From contig CP182352.1 of the NCBI GenBank assembly GCA_048571215.1, positions 1,216,001 to 1,280,000 of the forward strand: a stretch of 64,000 nucleotides of DNA, written 5' to 3'. The notes below the pieces were generated by a model that was not told the DNA's origin, searched no databases, and saw nothing but the letters and a program-made list of their open reading frames with translations. Below, in pieces: positions 1-10,100 of this stretch; positions within the stretch are counted from its first letter, which is position 1, and each line of letters opens with the position of its first letter. The translations under genes were made by a program, and so were the position numbers. Source of the DNA: Halarcobacter sp. GTDB lineage: Bacteria > Campylobacterota > Campylobacteria > Campylobacterales > Arcobacteraceae.

Positions 1-927
1 TAAATCTTCAATTTTTTGATCAATTTGAGCTTCTGAAACTCTAGATTTTTTCTCTTTAGGTGCAGTTTGGAAAAATTTTGTTGGTGGTAGTACAAAATCT
101 TTTGGTTTTTCTGTTTCCCCTATCTCTATATCATCTAATAATTTTTTATTTTCTTCAAGCTCTTCAACTATTACAGAGTGTGAGAAGTGTTCCTCTTGTA
201 TCTCAATCTCTATTTCATTATCCAAACTAATTGGTTTTTCTTTGGCTCTTGATTCTTTTTTATCTTCTTTTAAATGTTCATCCATTTGATTTAGATTGAT
301 TATATTTAAATCATCAACCTCAATATCAGCAACATTGTCATCCTCTTCAATAACAATCTCTGACACATCACCAAGCTCTTTTATACTAACTTTATCTTCA
401 TTTTGAGCTTTTCTTTCCCTTTTTCTATTTTCTATTTTTTTAAACTTTTGTGTTTCTTCTGCTTTTTTAAATTTTGGCAAGATTTTTTTTGTATCAAAGT
501 TAAAATTTACATCTTCAAATATAATTAAACTCGAAATAACAAAACCAATAATAACAAAAATCCAAAGACCAGCAAGACCTATAAATGGAAGCATTGAGGC
601 AACTATGAAGTTACCTATCTCTCCACTATATATCCCTTTTCCTACTACTAATGATTGGAAAATAAGTAGAGTAAAAACTAAAAGTATTGAAGCAATTGAC
701 TTTATAAGTAAATCATTTTTTTTCAACTCTTTTTTAAAGTTTAATATATATAAAACATATATAAAAAGCAGTAAATAAAAATATGAGATAAAGCCAAAAT
801 ACATGTGGGAATATTTTGCAAAGATTGAACCTATTTTCCCTACACTTATTTTATCGCTAACAAATGTTGAGTACTCAAAATATATTATGATAAAAAGAAA
901 AATTAGTGATGAAATTCGCTTAATTAT
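1..927 (-). CDS. ftsK: DNA translocase FtsK, N-terminal part (TM domain and linker), runs off the left edge; start codon uncertain
   Basis: Not in the ORF track. Manual translation gives hydrophobic segments (GKIGSIFAKYSHMYFGFISY), an acidic linker and LEENKKLLDDIEIGETEKPKDFVLPP...EAQIDQKIEDL, the stretch that precedes the FtsK motor domain in Campylobacterota. Confidence 0.8.
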   Translation of the reverse strand, partial: MIKRISSLIFLFIIIYFEYSTFVSDKISVGKIGSIFAKYSHMYFGFISYFYLLLFIYVLYILNFKKELKKNDLLIKSIASILLVFTLLIFQSLVVGKGIYSGEIGNFIVASMLPFIGLAGLWIFVIIGFVISSLIIFEDVNFNFDTKKILPKFKKAEETQKFKKIENRKRERKAQNEDKVSIKELGDVSEIVIEEDDNVADIEVDDLNIINLNQMDEHLKEDKKESRAKEKPISLDNEIEIEIQEEHFSHSVIVEELEENKKLLDDIEIGETEKPKDFVLPPTKFFQTAPKEKKSRVSEAQIDQKIEDL

Positions 928-930
928 GAC

Positions 931-1884
931 TTACCCTTTTTTTAAAAGATTTGAGATTTTACTTTGAAGTCTAAGCCATTGCTTATGTTCAAATAGTGGA
1001 AATCCTGCCCACTGTTTTTTTGGTTCTTTTATTGATTTTGTAACTCCACCACGAGCAGCTATTGTAGTAAATGGTGCTATTTCTAAATGACCTGCTGTTG
1101 CACTTTGACCACCCATAATAACGTATTGGTGAAGTGTTGTTGAACCAGAAAGTCCAACTTGACCTGTTAGAATACAGCCAGTTCCTAGTTTACAGTTATG
1201 GGCAATATGAATTAAGTTATCTAATCTACAACCATCTGATATAATTGTTGAGTTAAAAACTGCCCTATCTATAGAACAGTTTGAACCTATTTCTACATCA
1301 TTACCAATTATTACATTACCATTTTGATAGATTTTAATGTACTTACCATCCTTAGTATTTGCAAAGCCAAAACCATCTGAACCTATAACAACTCCTGAGT
1401 GTATTATAGTCTTACTTCCAATTTTACAATCCCTATAGATAGTAACATTTGGATATATTATTGTATTGTTTCCAATCTCAACATTATCACCAATAAAACT
1501 TCCAGCCATAATTGTACAGTTGTCACCAATTTTAGTATTGTTTCCTAAGTATACATTAGGCATGATTATACAATTATCTCCAATTTCTGGTTGTTTTTCA
1601 ATAACTTCAACTGTTTTAGGTGCAAAAAGTTTTGAGGCAAGTGCAAGTTTTATATATGGTTCTTCACAAACTAAAGCTATAGTATCTTTTGGTACAAGAT
1701 CTTTGAACTCATCTTTTACTAAAACAGCAGCTGCTTTTGTTTTACCTAAATCTTTTAGATATTTTTTATTTTCTAAAAATGTTAATTGATTTTGATTTGA
1801 TTCAAGTAATGTATTTAAACCACTTATCTTTATAGTCTCTTCACAATTTAAATCTAAAGATTTAGCAATCTCTTTTAAAGTCAA
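931..1884 (-). CDS. lpxD: UDP-3-O-acyl-glucosamine N-acyltransferase
   Basis: Hexapeptide repeats, IGSDGFGFA and DNLIHIAHN motifs; TTG start with AAGGAG RBS. Confidence 0.95.
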   Translation of the reverse strand: MTLKEIAKSLDLNCEETIKISGLNTLLESNQNQLTFLENKKYLKDLGKTKAAAVLVKDEFKDLVPKDTIALVCEEPYIKLALASKLFAPKTVEVIEKQPEIGDNCIIMPNVYLGNNTKIGDNCTIMAGSFIGDNVEIGNNTIIYPNVTIYRDCKIGSKTIIHSGVVIGSDGFGFANTKDGKYIKIYQNGNVIIGNDVEIGSNCSIDRAVFNSTIISDGCRLDNLIHIAHNCKLGTGCILTGQVGLSGSTTLHQYVIMGGQSATAGHLEIAPFTTIAARGGVTKSIKEPKKQWAGFPLFEHKQWLRLQSKISNLLKKG

Positions 1885-1906
1885 ATGACACTCCTTGGTA
1901 TTTTAA

Positions 1907-1929
1907 AAAGATAGGGAAAACCTATCTTT
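1907..1929 (-). terminator. Probable intrinsic terminator after ilvH
   Basis: AAAGATAGG-N5-CCTATCTTT inverted repeat ending in a T run on the minus strand. Confidence 0.5.
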
Positions 1930-2419
1930 CTATTGCAACAACTCCACTTTTTACAACTTCAATTGGTCTGAATTTTTGCATTACATTTGTAAAGTTTGCA
2001 ATTCTGTGTGGTTCATCTGTTGCTGATAATACGATTGCATCTTCAGTAACATTTTGAATATGGCCATTATATGCTCTAGCTAATACATCTATATCACTTA
2101 AAGGCTGATCTATAGGTATCTTAATCAAAACTGTCTCTTTTTCAATAACATTTTGGTGCTCATTTACTTTTAAAACAGGTATTAATTTATTTAATTGTTT
2201 TACAATTTGATCAATTACTCTTTTATCTCCAGTTGTAACTATTGTCATTCTAGAGTATTCACTACCTGTTATAGCAGCTACAGTTAAAGAATCGATATTA
2301 TAACCTCTTGCAGAGAATAGTCCAACAATTCTTGATAAAGCATTATGCTCATTTATGACTATAACAGAGATAACTTGTCTAGTGATTATTTGATCATAAT
2401 AGTGGTTAAAATTATTCAT
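1922..2419 (-). CDS. ilvH: Acetolactate synthase small (regulatory) subunit
   Basis: ACT domain NEHNALSRIVGLFSARGYNIDSL and QIVKQLNKLI; follows the large subunit. Confidence 0.95.
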   Translation of the reverse strand: MNNFNHYYDQIITRQVISVIVINEHNALSRIVGLFSARGYNIDSLTVAAITGSEYSRMTIVTTGDKRVIDQIVKQLNKLIPVLKVNEHQNVIEKETVLIKIPIDQPLSDIDVLARAYNGHIQNVTEDAIVLSATDEPHRIANFTNVMQKFRPIEVVKSGVVAIER

Positions 2420-4106
2420 TGCTATCTCCTAAAAGTGTCATTTCATTTAATGCATGTCCATTTGGTACCATAGGTAATACTATTTCATCTCTTGAAACTA
2501 TAACCTCTATCATGGCAACTTTTTTCTTTTCAACTGCATCTTTTAATGCCTCATCAAACTCTTTTTTTGTAGTAACTCTATAACCAAGACCTCCAAATGA
2601 TTCTGCAAGCATTTTAAAATCAGGTTGTGCAGTTAAATCTGTTTCTGCAAGTCTGTTTTCATAAAATAGTGTTTGCCATTGTCTTACCATTCCTAGGTAG
2701 TTATTATTTAGTACTATATTGATTACAGGCAGATTATTTTCAACACAAGTCATCAGTTCTTGGATGTTCATTAAAATAGAACCATCTCCTGTAAAGTTAA
2801 TAGATACCTTGTCTCTATTTCCTCTAGCAACTCCCATAGCCCCAGGAAGTCCAAATCCCATAGTTCCTAAACCACCAGAAGTGTTCCATTGTCTAGGATA
2901 TGTAAATGGGTAAAATTGAGCTGACCACATTTGATGTTGTCCAACATCTGTTGAGATAATAGCATCTTCTCCAAGTATCTCCCCTACTCTTTTAATAGCC
3001 CATTGAGGTTTTATCACTGTATCAGAATCATTAAATCTTAAAGGTTCTTTTTGTTTATATTCCCTTAAAAGTGAAACCCAATTAGTAAAGTCATTAAATT
3101 CAAGCTCTTTTGCTGCTTCAATCATACCCTCTACAGTTACTTTTAAATCCCCAACTATTGGATAATTTGTATGAACTAGTTTTGCAATAGAAGCTGGATC
3201 AATATCTACATGAATAACCTTTGCTTTTTTTGCAAATTCATCTAATCTTCCTGTAACCCTATCATCAAATCTAGCACCAAGTGAGATAATACAATCAGTA
3301 TCATGTGCCGCCATATTAGCTGCAAACTCCCCATGCATACCTAACATACCAATTAATAGGTTATCATCATGACTTAAAACACCTCTTGCCATAAGTGTTT
3401 CAACTACTGGTATATTTGTAAGTCTTGCAAACTCTCTAATCTCATATGCACAGTTAGCTAAAATAGCACCACCACCCACATAAAGTAGAGGTTTTTTAGA
3501 CTTGGCAATAGCATCCATAGCTTTTTTTAATTGTCTTTTATTGTAATTAACAGTTGGTTTATATGTTGGTAGATTTACCTCTTTTGGATATACAAAGTTT
3601 GCCAACTCTGCTGTTATATCTTTTGGAATATCTACATGTACAGGTCCTGGTCTTCCAGTACTTGCAATATGAAATGCCTCTTTAATTATTCTTGGTAAAT
3701 CTTTTATATGATTAACCAAATAGTTATGTTTTGTACATGGTCTACTAATACCAACAGCATCAATCTCTTGGAATCCATCTGTTCCAATAATAGTTGTTGG
3801 TACTTGCCCTGAAATCACAACTAATGGCACAGAATCCATATAAGCATCAGCTAAACCAGTTACTGCATTTGTAAATCCTGGACCACTTGTTACAATAGCC
3901 ACCCCTACTTTTCCAGTAGATTTTGCATAACCTTCTGCTGCATGAATAGCTGCTTGTTCATGTCTAGTCAGAATGTGTTGAAAAAAACTTTGTTTATATA
4001 TTTCATCATAGACATTCATAATAGCGCCACCAGGGTAACCAAATACTACATCTACCCCTTCCTCTTTTAATGATTCAATAACCATTTTTGCGCCAGTTAT
4101 TTTCAT
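2412..4106 (-). CDS. ilvI: Acetolactate synthase large subunit
   Basis: FGYPGGA, RHEQ, TSGPG motifs; TPP motif GDGS...NN. Confidence 0.95.
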   Translation of the reverse strand: MKITGAKMVIESLKEEGVDVVFGYPGGAIMNVYDEIYKQSFFQHILTRHEQAAIHAAEGYAKSTGKVGVAIVTSGPGFTNAVTGLADAYMDSVPLVVISGQVPTTIIGTDGFQEIDAVGISRPCTKHNYLVNHIKDLPRIIKEAFHIASTGRPGPVHVDIPKDITAELANFVYPKEVNLPTYKPTVNYNKRQLKKAMDAIAKSKKPLLYVGGGAILANCAYEIREFARLTNIPVVETLMARGVLSHDDNLLIGMLGMHGEFAANMAAHDTDCIISLGARFDDRVTGRLDEFAKKAKVIHVDIDPASIAKLVHTNYPIVGDLKVTVEGMIEAAKELEFNDFTNWVSLLREYKQKEPLRFNDSDTVIKPQWAIKRVGEILGEDAIISTDVGQHQMWSAQFYPFTYPRQWNTSGGLGTMGFGLPGAMGVARGNRDKVSINFTGDGSILMNIQELMTCVENNLPVINIVLNNNYLGMVRQWQTLFYENRLAETDLTAQPDFKMLAESFGGLGYRVTTKKEFDEALKDAVEKKKVAMIEVIVSRDEIVLPMVPNGHALNEMTLLGDSNE

Positions 4107-4249
4107 TGTCTCTCCCTATTATAAATTAGTCGATATTGTATAAAAAATATCATTAAGCAAAGGTTAGAGAATGGGGTTTGTATTTATAGTTTTATTTCTT
4201 ATTTATCTTCAATGAAGTAAAATATATAAAAAAATAATGGAGTTTACAA

Positions 4250-5071
4250 ATGGATATTAATGACGTAAGTAGTATTAATAGTAATTTACCTTCACTAAAT
4301 GATGTGTCTACAAATAATCCATTGGTTGGTAAATCTTCTACAATAGATTCTATTAAAAATGATTCAAAAGATTCTCTTAATCTTACTATTAGTGAATATA
4401 ATAAAAGAAGAGATGAATTATCAGCTTCACTTCAAGCCTTTACTCAAGGTATTGGTTTAACAACTGTTGCTCAAAGTGGACTTGATAATCAAATGGAGTT
4501 TTTAAAAAAAATTGAGACTAAACTTGCTGATATTAGAGATAATAATCAAGCAGTAGATGATAAAAATACTCTTAAAAATGATATAAATAAAGAGTTATTA
4601 AATTTTAGAGAAGAGGCTTATCAAACAAAGTATAAAAATGAAAAACTATTAGCCTTAGATGAATATGAAGATAATCCGACAATTACAATTGATACAAAAG
4701 AGGCAAATTACTCTTTAGATAAACCAGATACACCACAAGTAGCTACAAAAATCGCTCAAGCGTTAAGTTCTAGTGACTTAAATAATCCAGATTCTTTACT
4801 TAATGTAATTGATACGGTTGATTCTAGTGTAAAGCAAATGGAAAATATTAAAGATGATTTTAAAGATTTACAAGAAAAATTAAAAGAGAGTGCAAAGAGT
4901 TCAATTCAAGATCAAATATCTCTTTCAAATGAAAATAGAAAAAACAAAGATCTAAATTTTGGTAAAGAAAGTAATGATTTTACTAAAACAAATGTAATGT
5001 CAAATATGGGATACTTAGCCGCTTCACAAGCAAATATAGTACAAGAACAAAGTGTTAGATTACTCTCTTAA
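4250..5071 (+). CDS. Divergent flagellin-like protein (FlaC-like)
   Basis: Flagellin N-helix remnant (QGIGLTTVAQSGL...QTKYKNEKLL) and flagellin C-terminus (DLNFGKESNDFTKTNV...SQANIVQEQSVRLLS). Confidence 0.7.
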   Translation: MDINDVSSINSNLPSLNDVSTNNPLVGKSSTIDSIKNDSKDSLNLTISEYNKRRDELSASLQAFTQGIGLTTVAQSGLDNQMEFLKKIETKLADIRDNNQAVDDKNTLKNDINKELLNFREEAYQTKYKNEKLLALDEYEDNPTITIDTKEANYSLDKPDTPQVATKIAQALSSSDLNNPDSLLNVIDTVDSSVKQMENIKDDFKDLQEKLKESAKSSIQDQISLSNENRKNKDLNFGKESNDFTKTNVMSNMGYLAASQANIVQEQSVRLLS

Positions 5072-5971
5072 TAAACAGTAATCTATTGCTACACCTTCCC
5101 TTAAACCATCATCTAAAACTATAGATTCTTTTTTTTCTAGTACTTCAAAAATAGCTTTGTAAATATATATTCCAATCTCTATAAATTCGACTCTGCCCTT
5201 CCCTACAAGTTTAACGATTGTTTCTTTTGAAGAGTTTCTAAAAATATCTAAAGCATCCTCTAAATCCTTTAGATTAACAAGAGTTCCATTTACTACATCT
5301 TTGTCATAGTGAAAAAAGTCTTGACCTAATTTTATAGCTGCAATTGTTGTTGGGGTACCAGCAGTTGCCACAAAAGTAAAATCATCTAGGTTTATGTTTA
5401 GTTCATCTAAAAAGTTTTTTATATCTTTTTTGTGGTTTTCAAGTTCTTGTTTTAAACCTTCATATGAGAGGTATTTTTGAGTTAAAGTTACTATTCCAAA
5501 ATTGAAACTGTGGGAATGAAACTGTTCATCTATATTTACAATTATCTCAGTTGAACCACCACCAATATCAAGAAGTATAAATTTTGATGAAGGAATTTTT
5601 TCCCTTTTTAGAGCATATTTAACAGCTAAAAGGGTTAATCTAGCCTCCTCTTTTCCATCAATAATCTTAAAATTTGTCCCACTATTTTTTTTGAAAAAAT
5701 CTAAAACCTCTTGGTTGTTTGAGGCTAATCTCATTGCTGCTGTTGTAACACAAACAGCTTTATGGGGATCATAATTTAATTTTTCTGATGATTTTTTTAT
5801 GGCATCTAAAACTCTTTGTTGGGCATCTTTTGAGATAAGTCCAGTTTGATTTAAGCCATCTGCCATACCAACAACTTCATTGTATTCATCTATAATCTCA
5901 TGGTTTAGACAATCGTATATTAGGACTCTAAAAGAGTTAGAGCCTAAATCTATAGTAGTTATTTGAGTCAT
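5060..5971 (-). CDS. ppx: Ppx/GppA family exopolyphosphatase (short form)
   Basis: IDLGSNSFR, DIGGGSTE and GLREG motifs. Confidence 0.9.
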   Translation of the reverse strand: MTQITTIDLGSNSFRVLIYDCLNHEIIDEYNEVVGMADGLNQTGLISKDAQQRVLDAIKKSSEKLNYDPHKAVCVTTAAMRLASNNQEVLDFFKKNSGTNFKIIDGKEEARLTLLAVKYALKREKIPSSKFILLDIGGGSTEIIVNIDEQFHSHSFNFGIVTLTQKYLSYEGLKQELENHKKDIKNFLDELNINLDDFTFVATAGTPTTIAAIKLGQDFFHYDKDVVNGTLVNLKDLEDALDIFRNSSKETIVKLVGKGRVEFIEIGIYIYKAIFEVLEKKESIVLDDGLREGVAIDYCLLRE

Positions 5972-6529
5972 TTACGGGTGTTTGATTTTAAGTTTTGAGT
6001 TTAATAAATAAGCTATTATAATCATTAGTACTAAAACTGTCTCTTCATTCATAATATCAGTTAGCCAAACTAAATATACTACCCATAATAAAATAGCTCC
6101 AAGTGGTGTAGGAATACCGGTAAAGTATTTTTCAACTTCACCCTCTTGAGCATTTATATTAAATTGGATTAATCTTCTAAGTCCTGAAATCACATAAAAA
6201 ACAAATGCAAAAACTACCAATGGCGTGTTTATCATTAGCTCTTTTCCATCAATTACTGCAAAAAAGATAAACATAGTTGGAACTATAACAAAAGATAAAA
6301 AATCAGCAAAAGAGTCTAATTGAATACCAAACTCTGTTGATAAATTATATTTTCTTGCGATTTTTCCATCAACAATATCAAATGCACCTGCAAGCCAGGC
6401 AAACATAGCACTAGCAAAGAAGCTGTTATGTGTTAAAAAATATATGGCAAAGATACCTGCAGTTATATTAAAAAATGTTGCAAGATTTGCCAAATTGAAG
6501 TGACTGTTTTTATTAAACAAAAATGTCAT
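5972..6529 (-). CDS. pssA: CDP-alcohol phosphatidyltransferase (PssA-like)
   Basis: DxxDGxxAR...GxxLDSxxD motif and FTGIPTP. Confidence 0.8.
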   Translation of the reverse strand: MTFLFNKNSHFNLANLATFFNITAGIFAIYFLTHNSFFASAMFAWLAGAFDIVDGKIARKYNLSTEFGIQLDSFADFLSFVIVPTMFIFFAVIDGKELMINTPLVVFAFVFYVISGLRRLIQFNINAQEGEVEKYFTGIPTPLGAILLWVVYLVWLTDIMNEETVLVLMIIIAYLLNSKLKIKHP

Positions 6530-6544
6530 TATTACCCTTATTTA

Positions 6545-7642
6545 TTAAATTGTAAACTGGTTTCTACCGTTTTGTTTTGATTTGTAAAGATTTTCATCGG
6601 CAAGTTTATATAATCTATTACATGAGATATAACTGTTTGGTTCATATATAACTGCACCGATTGATATGGTTACAACTTTCGATATTTTACTATTTTTATG
6701 CTCAATATTTAATGATTCGATAACTTTATTTATATCTGAAAGACACTCTTTTAATATATCTTCATCAATATCGAATAATATAACACCAAACTCTTCTCCT
6801 CCAAGTCTAAAAACATATTCATACTCTTTATCAAAATAGCTTTTTAATTGAGCAGCAACAGCTTTTAGGGTTAAATCTCCCATATCATGACCATAGGTAT
6901 CATTATATTGTTTAAAAAAGTCTATGTCAAACATTACAAAAGCAGTTCTCCAGTTATTTGCATTTGAGATAAAAGGCATATTATCAAATATTTTATCAAA
7001 ATATTTTCTATTGTAAAGTTTAGTCATAGAATCAGTTATTGATTCTAAAGCATATTTTTTTGTTAAAATCTTTAGTTGGTTGTCTTTTTTTATTATTGAG
7101 TAGATAATCACTGAAATAAATATAAATGCAACAACTATTAAAAGAATCATATTATAAAAAAGATAATCTTTCATAGAGGAATAATCTTGTAAAAACTCTT
7201 TTCTTTTTTTATAGGCAATATCTTTTTCATACTCTTTTAAAAAGTCAATTTTTTTTATAACCTTTTGATAAGTTTGTAGTTTTACTTTATAGTTTAAAGA
7301 GTTTATTACATGCTTGTTAATATTGTTTATCACTTTTCTCTCACTATTGCTTTTATAAGCATTATTATAATATTCCCAGTCTTTTTTGATTTTATTAAAA
7401 AAAGAATCTCTTTTACAAACTTTGTATTTTCTCATACATTTAATTAGGTCTTGATAGTTTTCCTCTATACTATGAAGTTTAAGTACAGGGATATAATTAC
7501 CAAAATATATATAGTCAATTTGATTTTTCAATTTTTCAATTTGTGAATTAAACATAAAACTTGATGTAATTAGTGAGGAGATAATAATTACACTTAGTAC
7601 AGCCAGTTTAAAACTTACACTTTTATAGAACTCTCTTTTCAT
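6545..7642 (-). CDS. Membrane-bound diguanylate cyclase with periplasmic helical sensor
   Basis: Two TM segments, DIDFFKQYND and RLGGEEF; no RxxD I-site. Confidence 0.9.
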   Translation of the reverse strand: MKREFYKSVSFKLAVLSVIIISSLITSSFMFNSQIEKLKNQIDYIYFGNYIPVLKLHSIEENYQDLIKCMRKYKVCKRDSFFNKIKKDWEYYNNAYKSNSERKVINNINKHVINSLNYKVKLQTYQKVIKKIDFLKEYEKDIAYKKRKEFLQDYSSMKDYLFYNMILLIVVAFIFISVIIYSIIKKDNQLKILTKKYALESITDSMTKLYNRKYFDKIFDNMPFISNANNWRTAFVMFDIDFFKQYNDTYGHDMGDLTLKAVAAQLKSYFDKEYEYVFRLGGEEFGVILFDIDEDILKECLSDINKVIESLNIEHKNSKISKVVTISIGAVIYEPNSYISCNRLYKLADENLYKSKQNGRNQFTI

Positions 7643-7747
7643 AAGTGTGAGTATACCTAATTAGTATTTAAAATGGTTATAATTATAGCTTAACTTTGTC
7701 TTAAAGTTCTTTAGATATAATCGCGATTTACTAAGGAAGGATATATA

Positions 7748-9292
7748 TTGTTAAATTTTAAAGAAACATTTATAGGTAATAGTGCAAAAAATGATATTTT
7801 GTCAGGTATTGTTGTTGCAATTGCACTTGTACCTGAAGCTATTGCATTTTCTATTATTGCTGGAGTATCACCATTAGTTGGACTTTATACAGCATTTATT
7901 TTAGGATTTATTACTGCCTTAGTTGGTGGTAAAGCTGGTATGATTTCTGGAGCTACAGGTGCTATTGCTGTTGTTCTTGTAGGTTTGGTTGTTCAAGTTA
8001 AGGATTCTCTTTCTCCCCAGGTTATGGAACAGCTAACACAAAATGGCGAATTATCTAGTTATATTTTACAATATATTCTTTTAGCAACTATATTAGCTGG
8101 AATTATTCAAGTAACAATTGGAGCTTTTAGATTAGGAAAACTTATTAGGTTGGTCCCTCAACCTGCTATGTATGGTTTTGTAAATGGACTTGCAATTGTA
8201 ATAGCAATGGCACAGTTTCCTCTTTTTGAGGGTGAAAATTGGGTTATGTATGCTTTAATTATAGGAACTATGATAATAGTTAAGTTTTTTCCAAAAGTAT
8301 CAACGGCAATCCCCTCAGGTCTTGTTGCTATTATAGTGATATCTGTAATTGTAATCACCCTTGATCTAGATACAAAAAGAGTTGGAGATTTGGCTAATAT
8401 TAGTGGTAATCTTCCTAGCTTTGCAATACCAACAATTCACTTAACTTTTGAATCTATATTAATTGTATTACCATATGCTGTTTTAGTTGCTTTAGTTGGT
8501 CTTATTGAGTCTTTATTGACCCTTTCAGTTCTTGATGAAATGGGTGGTAAAAGAGGTAGTGGGAACCAAGAGTGTATAGCCCAAGGTACTGGTAATATTG
8601 TATGTGGATTTTTTGGAGGAATGGCTGGTTGTGCAATGATTGGACAGTCTATTATTAACTTTAGTAATGGTGGATGGGGAAGATTATCAGCTTTGACTGC
8701 TTCTATACTACTTATCTCTTTTGTAGTATCTTTATCTGGCTTTATTGCAATGATTCCTGTTGCTGTTTTAGTTGGTATTATGTTTATGGTAGCTATTGGA
8801 ACCTTTGAATGGGAGAGTGGTAATAGAATTAGATATATGCCAAATCATGATAAGTTTGTGTTGATTGCTGTTACTGTTATTACGATATTTGCAGACCTTG
8901 CAATTGCTGTTATTACGGGTATTATCATCTCTGCACTTGTATTTGCTTGGAAACATAGTAAAGTAAGAAGTAGAACACATAGAGAAGATGATAATACAAA
9001 AGTTTATGAGTTTGATGGACCGTTATTTTTTGGCTCAACTACATCATTTTTTGAATTATTTGATACTAAACATGACCCTGAAAATATTATTTTGGACTTT
9101 AAAGATGCAAGAGTTATGGATATTTCAGGAGTTGAAGCTATTGATACTATTACTAAAAGGTATGCAGACGAAGGGAAAAAACTTACAATTAGATATTTAA
9201 GTGAAGATTGTAAAAAAATTCTTAAGGATGCTGGTCCATTTTGTACTTATGAAGAGAATGAACCTAAATATAAGTTGGCTATAGACTACTAA
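7748..9292 (+). CDS. SulP family anion transporter with STAS domain
   Basis: ALVPEAIAFS, GCAMIGQS, GPLFFGS and a C-terminal STAS domain. Confidence 0.92.
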   Translation: MLNFKETFIGNSAKNDILSGIVVAIALVPEAIAFSIIAGVSPLVGLYTAFILGFITALVGGKAGMISGATGAIAVVLVGLVVQVKDSLSPQVMEQLTQNGELSSYILQYILLATILAGIIQVTIGAFRLGKLIRLVPQPAMYGFVNGLAIVIAMAQFPLFEGENWVMYALIIGTMIIVKFFPKVSTAIPSGLVAIIVISVIVITLDLDTKRVGDLANISGNLPSFAIPTIHLTFESILIVLPYAVLVALVGLIESLLTLSVLDEMGGKRGSGNQECIAQGTGNIVCGFFGGMAGCAMIGQSIINFSNGGWGRLSALTASILLISFVVSLSGFIAMIPVAVLVGIMFMVAIGTFEWESGNRIRYMPNHDKFVLIAVTVITIFADLAIAVITGIIISALVFAWKHSKVRSRTHREDDNTKVYEFDGPLFFGSTTSFFELFDTKHDPENIILDFKDARVMDISGVEAIDTITKRYADEGKKLTIRYLSEDCKKILKDAGPFCTYEENEPKYKLAIDY

Positions 9293-9333
9293 GAGAGGTT
9301 TATTACCACTATATTTACATTTGTTTTTCAGTG

Positions 9334-9342
9334 TGATATAAT
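9334..9342 (+). promoter_or_regulatory. Extended -10 promoter element
   Basis: TGATATAAT (TGnTATAAT) about 65 bp upstream of the 9406 ORF. Confidence 0.5.
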
Positions 9343-9405
9343 TAATAAAAAGTACCTATTTTAAATCTAAGATTTTAAATAGGTTTTTGTTTAAATCTCA
9401 AGGAG

Positions 9406-9660
9406 ATGAAAATGACAATAGACAATAATATAAATTCAATGATAGCTTCAGAGATGAAGATAAATGGCATGGCTTCAAATGTGGCACAAATAGGTTCACA
9501 AAGTCAAATAACTAATAAAAATGAGAATCCAGAAGTAACAAAAGATCTAATAGATTCTATTGTAGGTCAAATACCAGAAGTTATATCGTATCAAGCGAAT
9601 GCAAAAGGGATTGAAACACAACAAGAAGTTTCAGATATGTTACTTAATATAAAAGCATAA
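9406..9660 (+). CDS. Small flagellar basal-body rod C-terminal-domain protein
   Basis: MASNVAQ resembles the rod/hook ANNIAN motif; DL...SYQANAKGIETQQEVSDMLLNIKA resembles the Flg_bbr_C tail; AAGGAG RBS. Confidence 0.7.
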   Translation: MKMTIDNNINSMIASEMKINGMASNVAQIGSQSQITNKNENPEVTKDLIDSIVGQIPEVISYQANAKGIETQQEVSDMLLNIKA

Positions 9661-9667
9661 TAAGAAT

Positions 9668-10099
9668 ATGAGTAAGATTAATGTTGTTTGTCCACATTGC
9701 CAAAAGGTAAACTCTATTCCTAAAAAAGACAATTATGCAAAAGCAAATTGTGGAAATTGTAAAAATTCACTTTTGGATACAACTCCTATTGAATTGGATA
9801 ATAATAATTTTGACCATGTTATAGTGAATTCTGATATTCCAGTAATAGTTGATTTTTGGGCACCTTGGTGTGGACCATGTAAAATGATGGCACCTATTTT
9901 TAATGAAGTATCTCAAAAATATCCATTAAAAGCATTATTTGTTAAAGTAAATACAGAAAATGAACAAACACTTGGTGCAAAATATGGTATTCGGTCAATC
10001 CCTACACTTATAGTTTATAAAAGTGGCAAAGAGGTAAAAAGAGTTAGTGGAGCCTTAGACCCACTAAAACTTTCAAATTTGGTTAATGAGTTTTTATAG
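9668..10099 (+). CDS. trxC: Thioredoxin 2 with N-terminal zinc finger
   Basis: CPHC/CGNC zinc site plus WCGPC active site. Confidence 0.93.
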   Translation: MSKINVVCPHCQKVNSIPKKDNYAKANCGNCKNSLLDTTPIELDNNNFDHVIVNSDIPVIVDFWAPWCGPCKMMAPIFNEVSQKYPLKALFVKVNTENEQTLGAKYGIRSIPTLIVYKSGKEVKRVSGALDPLKLSNLVNEFL

Positions 10100-10100
10100 C

